A stretch of DNA of 64,000 nt. Origin: an uncultured Chloroflexia bacterium (GTDB taxonomy: Bacteria; Chloroflexota; Dehalococcoidia; DSTF01; JALHUB01). The stretch spans positions 1,376,001-1,440,000 of the forward strand of contig OY969814.1 of NCBI GenBank assembly GCA_963703345.1, written 5' to 3'. The position numbers were made by a program, and so were the translations under genes. Below, one piece after another: positions 1-10,321 of this stretch; position 1 is the stretch's first letter; each line of letters begins with the position of its first letter. The notes beneath the pieces are model-generated. The model searched no databases. It was not told where the DNA came from and saw only the letters and a program-made list of their open reading frames with translations.

Positions 1-109
1 CGGTGCCCTTGTGCTTCATCCCCGGATGGACCCGGGAGAACTTCTGAAACAGCTCTCCCATCCGCTCCGGAGGGATGCCGAGGCCGCCGCCGTTTCTCGC
101 GCAGGTGTG
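1..109 (-). pseudogene. Fragment of a sensor histidine kinase ATPase (HATPase_c) domain, running off the window
   Basis: Minus strand reads NGGGLGIPPERMGELFQKFSRVHPGMKHKGT (G1/F/G2 boxes). An in-frame TGA at 112-110 lies directly upstream, with no start before the G1 box. Confidence 0.55.
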
Positions 110-538
110 TCAGAGGGCCGGCAGAGCCTCCTGCTCTTTGCGCCCGTCGCCGCGCTGGCTGCCTCAGGTCGCTACGCCGAAGTCAGAGGGGCCGCTCGGC
201 GTGCCGGCGGAGCACTCTCATTCTTGCGACGTCACGACGAAGGGTTAGGAAATATCCTATCCTGGCCGAACTCGGCGCGTCAAAAACGGCGGGTCGCACG
301 CGCCGTTTTTCCCGCCCGTCAAGCGCAGGACCATCCCGTTGTAATATCATCAGCTTAGTGGGAAAGTACCAGCGTAGGTTGGTGCATTCGCACCTTGGCG
401 GCGAGTACTCGCCGCTTTAGCATTCGATTGAAGGTACCGCAGAGGCCCGTCATAATGGGGTCGCGAAGGCTCCCGACCGGCCTCAAGGGCGCCTCTCTCC
501 GAGCGGGACGGAACGGGCAATCAGGGAAGGCGACACGA

Positions 539-2134
539 ATGTTGCGAGCGCCGGCGGGCATCGGGAAGTTAGGCAGGTCCCCGCTTCGACGGAGGCTTCT
601 CCTTCTCGCGCTACTGGTCGCGCTGTCGGCCCTGCCCGTCCTCTTCCTGGCGCCGCTCTTCAACGCTCCCTTCGATCGGGACCAGGGGCTGTACGGGGTA
701 ATAGCCCGCGGCTGGCTCCAGGGCTCCGTGCCTTACAGAGACCTGTGGGACAACAAAGGGCCTCTTCTCTTCCTCTGGTACATGGCGGCCTTCCGCCTGC
801 TGGGAGAAAGCGTTGTCGCGCCGCGCTTGCTGGCGGCAATCGGGACGGCGGCGGCGGTACCGTTCGTCTGGGACTCCGCGCGCCTGCTGCTGGGCTCGCG
901 AAAGGGTGTCTTCGCGGCGCTGCTGTTCGGGATCGCCTTCGCCAACCCCTTCCTGCAGGCAAACGCCAACGCCGAAATCCTGATGCTCTGCCCGCTGGCC
1001 GCCGGTTTCTGGGCGTTCACCAAGGGCGGGCGCGGTGGCAATCAGCTATGGTTCGTTCTGGCGGGCTTTCTGACGGCGCTTGCCGGCCTTACGAAGCAGG
1101 CGGCGGCGGGACCTCTCGTCGGCTACCTGCTGTGGCTGGCCGTGCTGGCCGTGCGATACTCCCCGGAGCGCGCGCGACACCTGCGGTCGGCCGCGCTGCT
1201 CGTCGGCGGAACGCTCCTCGGACTGGCGCCGTTCGTGGTCTACTTCGCCGTCAACGGCGCCCTGTACGACTTCTGGTACGCGACCGTCCAGTTTAACTTC
1301 CTCTTCTCCGGCCAGAACCCTCTCATCCTCAAGATCATACCGCCGCTGCTCCTCGACCCGCTGCCGCTGTTCGGCGGACTGCTCCTCTGGCTCCTGGCCG
1401 TCGTCGGCGGCGTACAGCTCTGGCGACGTCGCGACCGCAACGCCGGGCTAATCCTCGTCTTCGCCGTGTTCTCGGAGCTGGCAGTGCAATCCATGGGGAA
1501 GGTCTCGGCGCACTATAACGTTGGGCTGCTGCCGGCCGCGGCGATCCTGGGCGCCGTTGGCGTCGATTCCGTCATCGACTCCTGGCGCCTCGGCCGGCGC
1601 AGGCTGGGGCAGCTCGCAATTGGATGCGCGGTGATCTCCGTCGGCTTGTCCGCCGCTCTCTATGCCTGGCCCTCGTCCGACGACCGCTTCCTCGCCCAGT
1701 ACTCCTTCCGCGACTACGCGGTCCGTTCAATTGAAGCGCGCGACATAGCGCAACGAGTTAACGCCGTCACCGGGCCCAACGACTACGTGTACGAGTTCGG
1801 CCGCCAGAGCGACATCTACTTCCTCGCCGACCGAAAGCCGGCGAGTCGCTGGGTGCACGCGCGGGCCTACGGCATCGACCCGACGATGCTCGACGAAGTG
1901 TTGCGTGACCTCGACTCTCGGCAGCCGAAGCTCGTCCTGCTGACCTACGAATGCGCGCCCATGAGCCACGACTTCGACGGCTGCGAGAATGGACCGCCCG
2001 CCGAGCTGAAGACCTACCTTGACAGCCACTACGTTTACGCCGGTCAGGTCGACTACGCTGCTTTCTACCTGCGCGTCAGTCCCGCGAGCTCAGCACTGGC
2101 TTCCGCTCTCGGAAGGACAGGAGGTCCGCATTGA
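539..2134 (+). CDS. GT-C fold membrane glycosyltransferase (GT39/ArnT/PMT-like)
   Basis: Multi-TM ORF with motifs DRDQGLY, PYRDLWDNKGP and ANAEIL..LTKQ. ATG 539 follows AGGGAAGG; the ORF track starts earlier, at 395. Confidence 0.8.
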   Translation: MLRAPAGIGKLGRSPLRRRLLLLALLVALSALPVLFLAPLFNAPFDRDQGLYGVIARGWLQGSVPYRDLWDNKGPLLFLWYMAAFRLLGESVVAPRLLAAIGTAAAVPFVWDSARLLLGSRKGVFAALLFGIAFANPFLQANANAEILMLCPLAAGFWAFTKGGRGGNQLWFVLAGFLTALAGLTKQAAAGPLVGYLLWLAVLAVRYSPERARHLRSAALLVGGTLLGLAPFVVYFAVNGALYDFWYATVQFNFLFSGQNPLILKIIPPLLLDPLPLFGGLLLWLLAVVGGVQLWRRRDRNAGLILVFAVFSELAVQSMGKVSAHYNVGLLPAAAILGAVGVDSVIDSWRLGRRRLGQLAIGCAVISVGLSAALYAWPSSDDRFLAQYSFRDYAVRSIEARDIAQRVNAVTGPNDYVYEFGRQSDIYFLADRKPASRWVHARAYGIDPTMLDEVLRDLDSRQPKLVLLTYECAPMSHDFDGCENGPPAELKTYLDSHYVYAGQVDYAAFYLRVSPASSALASALGRTGGPH

Positions 2135-3357
2135 CGAAGAGAACGCTGCCTTCCCTATGGCGTCGCCTCGACGCGCTGCCGCTGCCGCTGGCGTTCCGCT
2201 TCTTCGCCGTCGGCCTGACGGGCGTCGCCGTCAACATGCTGGTCTTGTGGCTGTCGCTCGGGCGGCTCGGTTTGCCGCGCGCCTTGGCTGCCTCTCTGGC
2301 CGTCGAGGTCTCGATCTGCTGGAACTTCGTTCTCAACGACGCCTGGACCTTCGGCGCTGAAAGACAGGTGAGACCGTGGCGCTCGCGCGTCCTGGCATTC
2401 CACGGCGCCGCCGCCGTGGCCGGCGTCATGAACCTCAGCCTCTTCCTCCTGCTTACCTCCGCCGGCAGCCTGCACTACCTGGCGGCGGACTTGATGGCGA
2501 TAGCCGCGGCCTCTGCCGTCAACTTCGTCATCAGCGCCTCCTGGATCTGGCGCGTCAAGACGCCGGTGCCCTTGCCGCCCGACGCTGACGACACGTGGCG
2601 CCTCCGCCGGGCAAAAAGAGTCGTCGTCATACCCACCTACAACGAAAGCGCCAACATTCGCCGCCTCCTGGAGCGCATACTCTCGCTCGGAGACGAGTAC
2701 GAAGCGCTGGTGGTGGACGACTCGTCGCCGGACGGCACGGGGCGCATCGTCGCCGACATGGCGCCGGAGGAGCCGCGCCTCCACCTGCTAAGCCGCCCCG
2801 TGAAGATGGGGATCGCTAGCGCCTACATCAGCGGCTTTCGGATGGCCCTGAAGATGGGAGCAGACCTCATCTACCAGATGGACAGCGATTTCTCGCATGA
2901 TCCCGCGGACCTGGTGCGCCTTGCCGGGGCCGCGACTCCCGGTAGCGTAGTTATCGGCTCTCGCTACGTCCCCGGCGGCTCGACCCCCGGCTGGCCCCTG
3001 CTACGCGTCCTCATGAGTCGGACGTCCAGCCTGGCCGCGCACCTGCTGCTGGGCATTCCGGTCCAGGACGCTACGGGAGGCTTCAAGTGCTGGGGCCGTC
3101 GCGCCCTTGCCGGCCTGCCACTGGACTCGGTACGTTCCAGCGGCTTTGCCTTCCAGGTGGAGATGAACCACCTCGCCTGGCGGTCAGGGTTCAAGTTGGT
3201 GGAAGTGCCCATCACTTTCGAGGACCGGAAGGCGGGGCGGTCGAAAGCGTCAGTGGGCGTTGGCCTGGAGATGGCGGCCGTTATCTGCCGGCTCTTCCTC
3301 AATCCCGCCCGAGCATACGCTCCCGGTCTGGAAGCCCGCACAACCAGGGAGTCCTGA
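2131..3357 (+). CDS. GtrA-like flippase domain fused to a polyprenol-phosphate mannose synthase (DPM1-like GT2)
   Basis: N-terminal 4-TM GtrA pattern (FRFFAVGLTG..NFVLNDAWTF..NF); C-terminal VVIPTYNE, VDDSSPDGT, QMDSDFSH, GSRY, D.TGGFK. Confidence 0.85.
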   Translation: MTKRTLPSLWRRLDALPLPLAFRFFAVGLTGVAVNMLVLWLSLGRLGLPRALAASLAVEVSICWNFVLNDAWTFGAERQVRPWRSRVLAFHGAAAVAGVMNLSLFLLLTSAGSLHYLAADLMAIAAASAVNFVISASWIWRVKTPVPLPPDADDTWRLRRAKRVVVIPTYNESANIRRLLERILSLGDEYEALVVDDSSPDGTGRIVADMAPEEPRLHLLSRPVKMGIASAYISGFRMALKMGADLIYQMDSDFSHDPADLVRLAGAATPGSVVIGSRYVPGGSTPGWPLLRVLMSRTSSLAAHLLLGIPVQDATGGFKCWGRRALAGLPLDSVRSSGFAFQVEMNHLAWRSGFKLVEVPITFEDRKAGRSKASVGVGLEMAAVICRLFLNPARAYAPGLEARTTRES

Positions 3358-4076
3358 TGCCGGGGGCTCTGCTGCGAATCGCCCACGGCTTCGGCAACAG
3401 CCGCAAGCTCATTGATGTCGCTCTCGCAACCCCTATCGACATGATCGAGGCCGACGTGCGCCTGTGGAAGGGCCGTCTCTGGCTCGGCCACGACCGCCGT
3501 CTCCCTCTCTTGCCCGTGTATGTCTCCAGGCGTTCGCTGGAGCCTCCGACGAGTCGAGCACTGCGATTAGGCCCGTGGCAGGCGCGCCTGCAAACCGCCC
3601 CGTTGCCGTTGGAAGAGCTGCTGGAGGCGGCCGGTCGCTGTCGCCTGTTGCTCGACCTCAAGCAGTCGGGCCGGTCGGAGAGCGCGAGCGAGTTCGCTGA
3701 AGCGCTGGCGGCGCAGTTGCGACGCTTCGGCCGAACGGCGTCCGACTGCCTCTGCGGCGACTGGCCCCTGCTCGATGCGGTCCGGCGCCTGCTGCCCGAG
3801 GTCCGGCTCTACTACTCCGTTGGAGACCCCCCTCGCTGGCAAGCCCTGGTCGAACGACTCGACGGCGGCGACAGGATAACGGGCGTCTCGCTGCGCTCCA
3901 CTCTGTTCGACGGGCCCAGCGCAGCCATTCTTCAGAGCAAGAGCATCGAGACGTTCTGCTGGTGCGTGGACGACCCCGCGGAAGCGGTCCGGGTGGCGAT
4001 GCTGGGCGCGGACGGCATCATCAGCAACGACTTGGCGCTGCTTGCCCGGATCGGCGACGCGACCCCATCAGGATGA
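3357..4076 (+). CDS. Glycerophosphodiester phosphodiesterase (GDPD)-like protein
   Basis: IAH.., IEADV, LLDLK and WCVDD..GADGIISND motifs. ATG overlaps the upstream TGA. Confidence 0.7.
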   Translation: MPGALLRIAHGFGNSRKLIDVALATPIDMIEADVRLWKGRLWLGHDRRLPLLPVYVSRRSLEPPTSRALRLGPWQARLQTAPLPLEELLEAAGRCRLLLDLKQSGRSESASEFAEALAAQLRRFGRTASDCLCGDWPLLDAVRRLLPEVRLYYSVGDPPRWQALVERLDGGDRITGVSLRSTLFDGPSAAILQSKSIETFCWCVDDPAEAVRVAMLGADGIISNDLALLARIGDATPSG

Positions 4077-4718
4077 GGCGCCGGCGCTCTTCGCGGCCGC
4101 GACGAAGGCCCGCATCTTCGCCGCGTCCTTCCGGCCCGCCGCCTCGACGCCGCTGCTGACGTTGACGCCCCAGGGCCGTACTCGTTGCACTGCCTCCGCG
4201 ACGTTCTCCGGCGTCAGTCCTCCCGCCAGCATCAGGGGGACGCGCGAAGCAAGGGCGGCAATTGCGCCCCAGTCGCCAAGCCTGCCGTGCCCGCGACTGG
4301 AATCGACGAGCCACATCGCTGGCGTGGTGGAGGCGGAGAGCGGCGATTCGTCGTCGGCGATTTCGACCGCCCTGATAACGGGCCAGCGCTTTAGTAAGCC
4401 GGTATCGTCGACGTCGCCGTGGAGTTGCACCACGTCGACGCCGGCAAGGCGCGCCAGACGCTCGACTTCCGCGGCGCTCTGCCCCTCGAAGACGCCGACC
4501 AGCAGCGGCGAACCGTTTGCGAGCAGCCGCTCGAGATCGACTAGCCCGTCTGGAGCATCTCGATGCGGTCGAAGTGCTCGCGCAATCTCCCGCGCCGTCT
4601 CCAGCGTCACGCGCCGGCGGCTTTCGGCGAAGACGATGCCGATGAGGTCGGCGCCGGCATCGCGGGCGGCCAGCGCGTCTTCCGGTGAGCGGCAGCCGCA
4701 GATCTTCACATAAGTCAA
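4068..4718 (-). CDS. trpF: Phosphoribosylanthranilate isomerase
   Basis: VKICG, VQLHG, LAGGLTPENV, V.SGVE motifs. Confidence 0.95.
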   Translation of the reverse strand: MTYVKICGCRSPEDALAARDAGADLIGIVFAESRRRVTLETAREIARALRPHRDAPDGLVDLERLLANGSPLLVGVFEGQSAAEVERLARLAGVDVVQLHGDVDDTGLLKRWPVIRAVEIADDESPLSASTTPAMWLVDSSRGHGRLGDWGAIAALASRVPLMLAGGLTPENVAEAVQRVRPWGVNVSSGVEAAGRKDAAKMRAFVAAAKSAGASS

Positions 4719-5530
4719 AGCATTAGCTCCCGTAGCTTTGCGGCCGGGTCCGCGGTTGTCACGAGCGCTTCGCCGACCAGCACAGCGTCGACGCCGCAGG
4801 CCGTCATGCGCGCGATGTCGTGCCGCGTCCTGATACCACTCTCGGCGACGACGAGCCTGTCTTGCGGGATGAGGGGTCGGAGCCGCTCCGTCGTCGCCAG
4901 GTCCACCTTGAAGCTGCGAAGGTCACGGTTATTGATGCCGATGACAAGTGCTCCCGCCGCCAGCGCCGTCGCCACCTCGCGCTCGTCGTGCACCTCGACG
5001 AGGCATTCCATGCCCAGTTCCCGGCTCAGCGCCAACAGCTCCGCGAGCTCGTCCTGCGGCAGGAGGGCGACGATCAGCAGCAGGGCGTCGGCGCCGTGCC
5101 CTCTCGACTCCCAGACCTGGTAGGGCTCGAAGAGGAAGTCCTTGCGCAGGAGCGGCGGCGCGGCCTCGCCGAAACGGGCCCGCAGCGCCTTCCGCGCTTC
5201 GGTCAGGTGGCCGAGACTGCCCTGGAAGTGCGCACTTTCGGTCAGCACCGATATCGCCGCCGCGCCCGCCTCGGCGTAGAGCAATGGCAAACGGCGCCGC
5301 GTCTCGTCGTCTATCAGCGGTCCTGCTGACGGCGAGGCCATCTTCACCTCGGCGATGAGGCGAATTCGCGAGGCCGCCGCTTCCCGGCGAATCGCCTTCG
5401 AGAAGCTCCGGTCCTCTTCGATCGGCAGTCGCGCCACGCGTTCCTGCAGGACGGCGAGCGGCGTCTTCTGTTGCTCAGCGCGCAGCTCCTCGCGCTTGGC
5501 GCCGACAATGCGTCGCAGGATGTCCGGCAT
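4715..5530 (-). CDS. trpC: Indole-3-glycerol phosphate synthase
   Basis: IAEVK.ASPS, LRKDF, LVEVH, GINNRDL, VAESGI. Start is 5530 or 5548. Confidence 0.95.
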   Translation of the reverse strand: MPDILRRIVGAKREELRAEQQKTPLAVLQERVARLPIEEDRSFSKAIRREAAASRIRLIAEVKMASPSAGPLIDDETRRRLPLLYAEAGAAAISVLTESAHFQGSLGHLTEARKALRARFGEAAPPLLRKDFLFEPYQVWESRGHGADALLLIVALLPQDELAELLALSRELGMECLVEVHDEREVATALAAGALVIGINNRDLRSFKVDLATTERLRPLIPQDRLVVAESGIRTRHDIARMTACGVDAVLVGEALVTTADPAAKLRELML

Positions 5531-5534
5531 CGCG

Positions 5535-6548
5535 TCAGGTGACGGCATTCGTGACCTCGATGAAGCGCTCCAGCTTGCGCAGCGCCTCGCCGGTGTCGAT
5601 GGCCGATGCGCCTTTTTCGACGCCTTCCCTGAAGTCGTTTGCCATGCCTGAGGCGACCAAACCGGCCGCCGCGTTGAGGAGCGTGAAGTCACGCAGGGCG
5701 CCGCGTTCACCGCCGAGGACGGCCCGCAGCATCTTCGCGTTGTCGTCGGGCGACCCGCCGGCCAGCGATGACAGCGGATGCGTCGGCAGCCCGGCCTCGG
5801 ACGGAGCCAGGTGGTACTTTCGCACGTCGCCCGCCGTTACGTCCCACACCTCCGACGGCCCGGCCGGGCTCAGCTCGTCGAGCCCCCCTTCGCCGTGGAC
5901 GACGAGGGCGCGCTCGCAGCCCAGTCTGGCTAGAACCTGCGCCATCTTCTCCCCTAGCGACGCGTCGGGCACGCCGAGGACCTGGCGGCAGGCGCCCGCC
6001 GGATTGGAGAGAGGCCCGAGGATGTTGAACACGGTGCGAATGCCGATCTCCCGCCTCGGGCCGGCCGCGAAGCGCATGGCGGGATGGAAGCGCGGCGCGA
6101 ACATGAAGCAGAAGCCCGTCCGCTGAAGACACGCCAGCGCCTGCTCGGGCGACAGGTCGATTCTTGCGCCGGCCGCCTCAAGCACGTCCGCTGAGCCGCA
6201 GGAACTGCTCATCGCGCGATTGCCGTGCTTGGCTACCTTCGCCCCCGCCGCCGCCGCCACGAATGCCGCTGCCGTGCTGACGTTGAACGTGCCGCTGCCG
6301 TCGCCGCCGGTGCCGCAGGTATCGAGAAGCGCGCCGTCGAAGGCGATGCGACATGCCTTCTCGCGCATGACTCGCGCCATGCCGGCAATCTCCTCGACGG
6401 TCTCGCCCTTGAGCCGGAGAGCCGTCAGGAAGGCTGCAAGCTGAGCATCGGTCGCCTCGCCGGACATGATCTCTTCCATCACTCTGGCCGCCGCCTCCTC
6501 CGTCAAGTTTCGACTCGCCACCGCCGCCGAAATCGCCTCTCGTATCAT
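5535..6548 (-). CDS. trpD: Anthranilate phosphoribosyltransferase
   Basis: DTCGTGGDG, FNVST, KHGNR, GSAD motifs. ATG overlaps the trpG stop. Confidence 0.96.
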   Translation of the reverse strand: MIREAISAAVASRNLTEEAAARVMEEIMSGEATDAQLAAFLTALRLKGETVEEIAGMARVMREKACRIAFDGALLDTCGTGGDGSGTFNVSTAAAFVAAAAGAKVAKHGNRAMSSSCGSADVLEAAGARIDLSPEQALACLQRTGFCFMFAPRFHPAMRFAAGPRREIGIRTVFNILGPLSNPAGACRQVLGVPDASLGEKMAQVLARLGCERALVVHGEGGLDELSPAGPSEVWDVTAGDVRKYHLAPSEAGLPTHPLSSLAGGSPDDNAKMLRAVLGGERGALRDFTLLNAAAGLVASGMANDFREGVEKGASAIDTGEALRKLERFIEVTNAVT

Positions 6549-7117
6549 GGCTGGCCTCCCTCCAGGAAGTTCTTGAGCAACATCTTTCCGGCCGGCGTCA
6601 TGATCGACTCCGGGTGGAACTGGACGCCTTCGACCGCCAGATCGCGATGGCGGATGCCCATCACGACGCCGCTGTCCGTCCAGGCGGTCACTTCGAGGCA
6701 TGTCGGCACGCTATCCCGACGCACCGCCAGCGAGTGATAGCGGGTCGCCGGGAAGGGGTTCGGCAGGCCGCGGTAGACGCCCTTGCCGTCGTGATGGATC
6801 TGCGACAGCTTGCCGTGGACGATCTCACCCGCGCCCTCGACGATCGCCCCGAACGCCTCGCCGATGCACTGGTGCCCGAGGCAGACGCCGAGAATCGGCA
6901 CAACGCCGGCAAACCGTCGCACGACTTCGATGCTGATGCCGGCTTGTGGCGGCGCGCCCGGCCCCGGGGAGATGACGATCCGCTCCGGCGCCAGCGCGAC
7001 AATGGACTCCACGGTCATGGCGTCATTCCGCACCGCGCGGGGCTCGACGCCCAGCTCGGCGAGGTACTGGTAGAGGTTGAAGGTAAAGCTGTCGTAGTTG
7101 TCGATGAGGAGCAGCAT
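6545..7117 (-). CDS. trpG: Anthranilate synthase component II (glutamine amidotransferase)
   Basis: IDNYDSFT, ISPGPG, GVCLGHQ, RYHSL, QFHPES. Confidence 0.96.
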   Translation of the reverse strand: MLLLIDNYDSFTFNLYQYLAELGVEPRAVRNDAMTVESIVALAPERIVISPGPGAPPQAGISIEVVRRFAGVVPILGVCLGHQCIGEAFGAIVEGAGEIVHGKLSQIHHDGKGVYRGLPNPFPATRYHSLAVRRDSVPTCLEVTAWTDSGVVMGIRHRDLAVEGVQFHPESIMTPAGKMLLKNFLEGGQP

Positions 7118-7118
7118 C

Positions 7119-8585
7119 TCAAGCCCGCCTTCCCGCCGTCGTCCTCTCCGCCTGCTCGATTGCCCGCAGCAGCGCCCGCGCCTTGTTGAGGCTCTCCTCG
7201 AATTCGCGCTCCGGCACGCTGTCGTAGACGATGCCGCCGCCGGCCTGAACGTAGGCCGTGCCCTGCTTCATGACGATGGTCCGGATCGTGATGGCGGTAT
7301 CCAGGTTGCCGCGAAAGCCGAAGTAGCCGACGGCGCCGGCATAGGGGCCGCGCTTGTCCGGCTCCAGCTCGGCGATTATCTCCATCGCACGAATCTTCGG
7401 AGCGCCCGACACCGTGCCGGCCGGGAAGCAGGCGCGAAGGGCGTCGAAGCAGGTGAGCCCGTCCCGCAGGCGGCCGGAGACGTGGGAGACGAGGTGCATG
7501 ACGTGCGAGTAGCGCTCCACGTCCATGCACTGGCCCACCTCGACGCTGCCCGGGCTTGCCACGCGCCCGATGTCGTTCCTGCCCAGGTCGAGGAGCATAG
7601 TGTGCTCCGCCAGCTCCTTCTCGTCCGAGCGCAGCTCTGCCTCCAGCGCGTCGTCCTCCGCCGCGTCGCGTCCGCGCGGCCGCGTGCCGGCGATGGGATG
7701 CGTCGCGACGGTGCCGTTCTCCACTCGCACCAGCATCTCCGGCGAGGCGCCGACGACGTGGGCATCGCCGAGCCGCAGATAGTACATGTAGGGTGATGGG
7801 TTGATGGCCCGCAGCGCCCGGTATACCTCGAAGGGAGGGGCCGTCGTGGGCACGCACAGCCGCTGCGAGATGACCGCCTGAATGACGTCTCCGGCGATGA
7901 TGTACTCTCGCGCCCGCTCGACCGATTTCAAGAAGTGCTCCCGGCTCACGTTCGACGATACGTCGAGGCGCACTTCCCGCGTATCGTCCGCCGGACCGGG
8001 CGCCGGCACGGCAAGCGGCCGCCTCAGGCGCTCCACCAGCTCGTCGATGCGGCCCGTCGCCTCTCGATAGGCGGCGTCAACGTCGCCGTCGAGGCGGGCG
8101 TGGCTCAGCACCTTGATCTTGTGCTGAACGTGATCGAAGACGAGGAGGGTGTCGGCGAACATGAAAATGGCTTCCGGCAGCGCCTGCGGGTCGGACTCCG
8201 GCGAGGGTAGGCGCTCGAAGTGGCGCGCTGCCTCATACGCCAGATAGCCGACCGCGCCGCCGTGGAAGCGCGGCAAGTCGGGCACGGCGACGACCTCGAA
8301 GCGCGCGAGCTCCCGTTCGATCTCCAGCAGCGGGTCGTCAACACATCCCGCGGGGCTGCTGAGGACGCGATACGGCTCGGTACCAATGAAGCTGTAACGT
8401 CCGAGACGTTCGCCACCCTCGACGCTCTCCAGCAGGAAGGAGTGCTCGCCGCGCGCAACCTTCAGATAGGCGGACACCGGCGTCTCCAGGTCTGCCGCGA
8501 CCTCCTTGAACACCGGCAGCAGGTTGCCCTGTCCGGCCAGCCCCCGCGCTTCCTCCAGGCTGGGATGGTATCTGCCGTTTGTCAT
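7119..8585 (-). CDS. trpE: Anthranilate synthase component I
   Basis: LLES, NPSPYM, GASPE, PIAGTR, FPAGTVSGAPK, QAGGGIV.DS. Confidence 0.96.
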   Translation of the reverse strand: MTNGRYHPSLEEARGLAGQGNLLPVFKEVAADLETPVSAYLKVARGEHSFLLESVEGGERLGRYSFIGTEPYRVLSSPAGCVDDPLLEIERELARFEVVAVPDLPRFHGGAVGYLAYEAARHFERLPSPESDPQALPEAIFMFADTLLVFDHVQHKIKVLSHARLDGDVDAAYREATGRIDELVERLRRPLAVPAPGPADDTREVRLDVSSNVSREHFLKSVERAREYIIAGDVIQAVISQRLCVPTTAPPFEVYRALRAINPSPYMYYLRLGDAHVVGASPEMLVRVENGTVATHPIAGTRPRGRDAAEDDALEAELRSDEKELAEHTMLLDLGRNDIGRVASPGSVEVGQCMDVERYSHVMHLVSHVSGRLRDGLTCFDALRACFPAGTVSGAPKIRAMEIIAELEPDKRGPYAGAVGYFGFRGNLDTAITIRTIVMKQGTAYVQAGGGIVYDSVPEREFEESLNKARALLRAIEQAERTTAGRRA

Positions 8586-8605
8586 ATCTTCCGCCTCGCA
8601 GACAA

Positions 8606-8905
8606 CACAAAAGCCTCTCGCCATAGGGACGAGAGGCTCGTGGTGCCACCCTAGTTACCGCGACAACGCCGCGGCATCTCTTGTCAGGTACGGTCCACCA
8701 TTGGCGGACGATACCCTGGGCTCTGCTAACGGTGCCCGTTCCGGCAACCCCTACTTGTTCCGCCTCGCGGACAGCTCGGAGTTGCGGCTCCCAGGTCCAT
8801 TCCTATCGCTGCGCCGGCGCCGGCTCTCACCTGTCCCGGCTCTCTGCACTGCCCTTTCGGGCGGCCTCGCCTCGCGACGTACTAGTCCTGTTCTTCGCCG
8901 CTGCT
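8606..8905 (-). promoter_or_regulatory. Trp T-box riboswitch with intrinsic terminator upstream of trpE
   Basis: Minus strand: GAA-UGG specifier (8799-8797), AGUA and CCGUUA boxes, T-box AACUAGGGUGGCACCACG, then hairpin GCCUCUCG..CGAGAGGC followed by UUUUG. Confidence 0.92.
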
Positions 8906-8920
8906 TATTCGATTTGCGCC

Positions 8921-8949
8921 ACTATAGCAGCGTCCGCAGCGTTTGTCAA
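8921..8949 (-). promoter_or_regulatory. Sigma70-type promoter of the trpE leader
   Basis: TTGACA-17 bp-TATAGT just upstream of the T-box stem I. Confidence 0.85.
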
Positions 8950-8959
8950 TATCTCGCCA

Positions 8960-9095
8960 AGAAGGCGTGTCTTGGTAATGGACGAGACTGCCGAGGAAGT
9001 TCCGCAGGCGCGGTTGTGCCTCGCTCGCTGGCCAGGCCTCGATTGCTTCTAATGACGGCGCTGCCCACGACGACGGCCCCCGCCGCGTCCGACCG
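8960..9095 (-). pseudogene. trpA: Frameshifted 3' remnant of a second trpA
   Basis: VVGSAVI/(+1)EAIEAWPASEAQPRLRNFLGSLVHYQD aligns with the intact TrpA C-terminus [34 protein letters not shown]. Confidence 0.75.
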
Positions 9096-9127
9096 GGCAG
9101 GGTGCCGTAGCGAAACCGCAGCGGGCC

Positions 9128-10321
9128 TCACACTACGATTCCCAGCACCTGCGACGCCGTCTCCATGTCCTTGTCGCCGCGTCCCGACAGACAGACGGCA
9201 ACCGTCGCTTCGCGCGGCAGAGTCGACGCCAGCTTTACCGCATGGGCGACGGCATGCGCCGACTCCAGGGCCGGGATGATCCCTTCTGTTCGGCTAAGAA
9301 GCTGGAAAGCCTCTAGCGCCTCTTCGTCGGTGACGGCCACGTACTCGGCACGCCCTGATTCCTTGTAGAAGCTGTGCTCCGGCCCCACGCCCGGGTAGTC
9401 GAGCCCGGCCGAGATGCTGTGCGTCGACTCGATCTGGCCGTTCTCGTCCTGCAGCAGGTACGAACGGCTGCCGTGCAGCACTCCCGGACGCCCGCGCACA
9501 AGGCTGGCCGCGTGGAGATGCGTGTCCAGCCCTCGTCCGGCCGCCTCGACTCCGACGAAGCTGACGGCGGCATCGGCGTAGAAGGGGTGGAAGAAGCCGA
9601 TGGCGTTGCTCCCGCCGCCGACGCAGGCCACCAGGTAATCGGGGAGGCGCCCGGTCTCTTCCAGCGCCTGCGTCCGCGTCTCGTCGCCGATCACCGACTG
9701 CGCCTCGCGCACGATGAGCGGGTAGGGGTGCGGCCCGACAACGCTGCCCAGCAGGTAGTAGGTGCTGTCGACATGGCCCACCCAATCGCGCATCGCCTCA
9801 TTGATGGCGTCCTTGAGCGTCCGGCTGCCGCTCTCGACGACCCGCACGTCCGCGCCCAGAAGCCGCATCCGGAAGACGTTCAGCATCTGCCGGTGCACGT
9901 CCTCTTCGCCCATGTAGACGGCGCACTCGAGGCGGAGCATCGCGCAGACGGTCGCTGTCGCGACGCCGTGCTGCCCTGCGCCTGTCTCCGCGATGACGCG
10001 GCTCTTCCCCATGCGCTGACAGAGGAGGCCCTGCGCGAGGGCGTTGTTTATCTTGTGCGCGCCCGTGTGTAGCAGGTCCTCGCGCTTGAGGTAGATGCTG
10101 GCACCGCCGCAGCCTCGTGTCAGCCCTTCGGCGAAGTAGAAAGGCGTGGGCCTGCCCGCGTACTGATGGAGCAGGCCGTCGAGGCGCCGGCGGAACGCGA
10201 AGTCGTGCCATGCCTCGCGGAAAGCTGCTTCCAGTTCCGCCAGCGCACCCATCAGCACCTCCGGCACGTATTTGCCGCCGAACTGACCGAAGCGCCCCTG
10301 TTCATCCGGAAGGGAAGTCAT
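9128..10321 (-). CDS. trpB: Tryptophan synthase beta chain
   Basis: [42 protein letters not shown]. Confidence 0.97.
   Translation of the reverse strand: MTSLPDEQGRFGQFGGKYVPEVLMGALAELEAAFREAWHDFAFRRRLDGLLHQYAGRPTPFYFAEGLTRGCGGASIYLKREDLLHTGAHKINNALAQGLLCQRMGKSRVIAETGAGQHGVATATVCAMLRLECAVYMGEEDVHRQMLNVFRMRLLGADVRVVESGSRTLKDAINEAMRDWVGHVDSTYYLLGSVVGPHPYPLIVREAQSVIGDETRTQALEETGRLPDYLVACVGGGSNAIGFFHPFYADAAVSFVGVEAAGRGLDTHLHAASLVRGRPGVLHGSRSYLLQDENGQIESTHSISAGLDYPGVGPEHSFYKESGRAEYVAVTDEEALEAFQLLSRTEGIIPALESAHAVAHAVKLASTLPREATVAVCLSGRGDKDMETASQVLGIVV

Noticed and set aside
395-538. N-terminal extension of the GT-C ORF, and similar extensions for trpC, trpD, trpB and thrS in the ORF track
   Set aside because: Low-complexity sequence overlapping neighbours or leaders. 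Downstream starts fit SD sites and family N-termini better.
8506-9279. 257-aa plus-strand ORF across the trpE-trpB gap
   Set aside because: The region is explained by the minus-strand T-box, promoter and trpA remnant.
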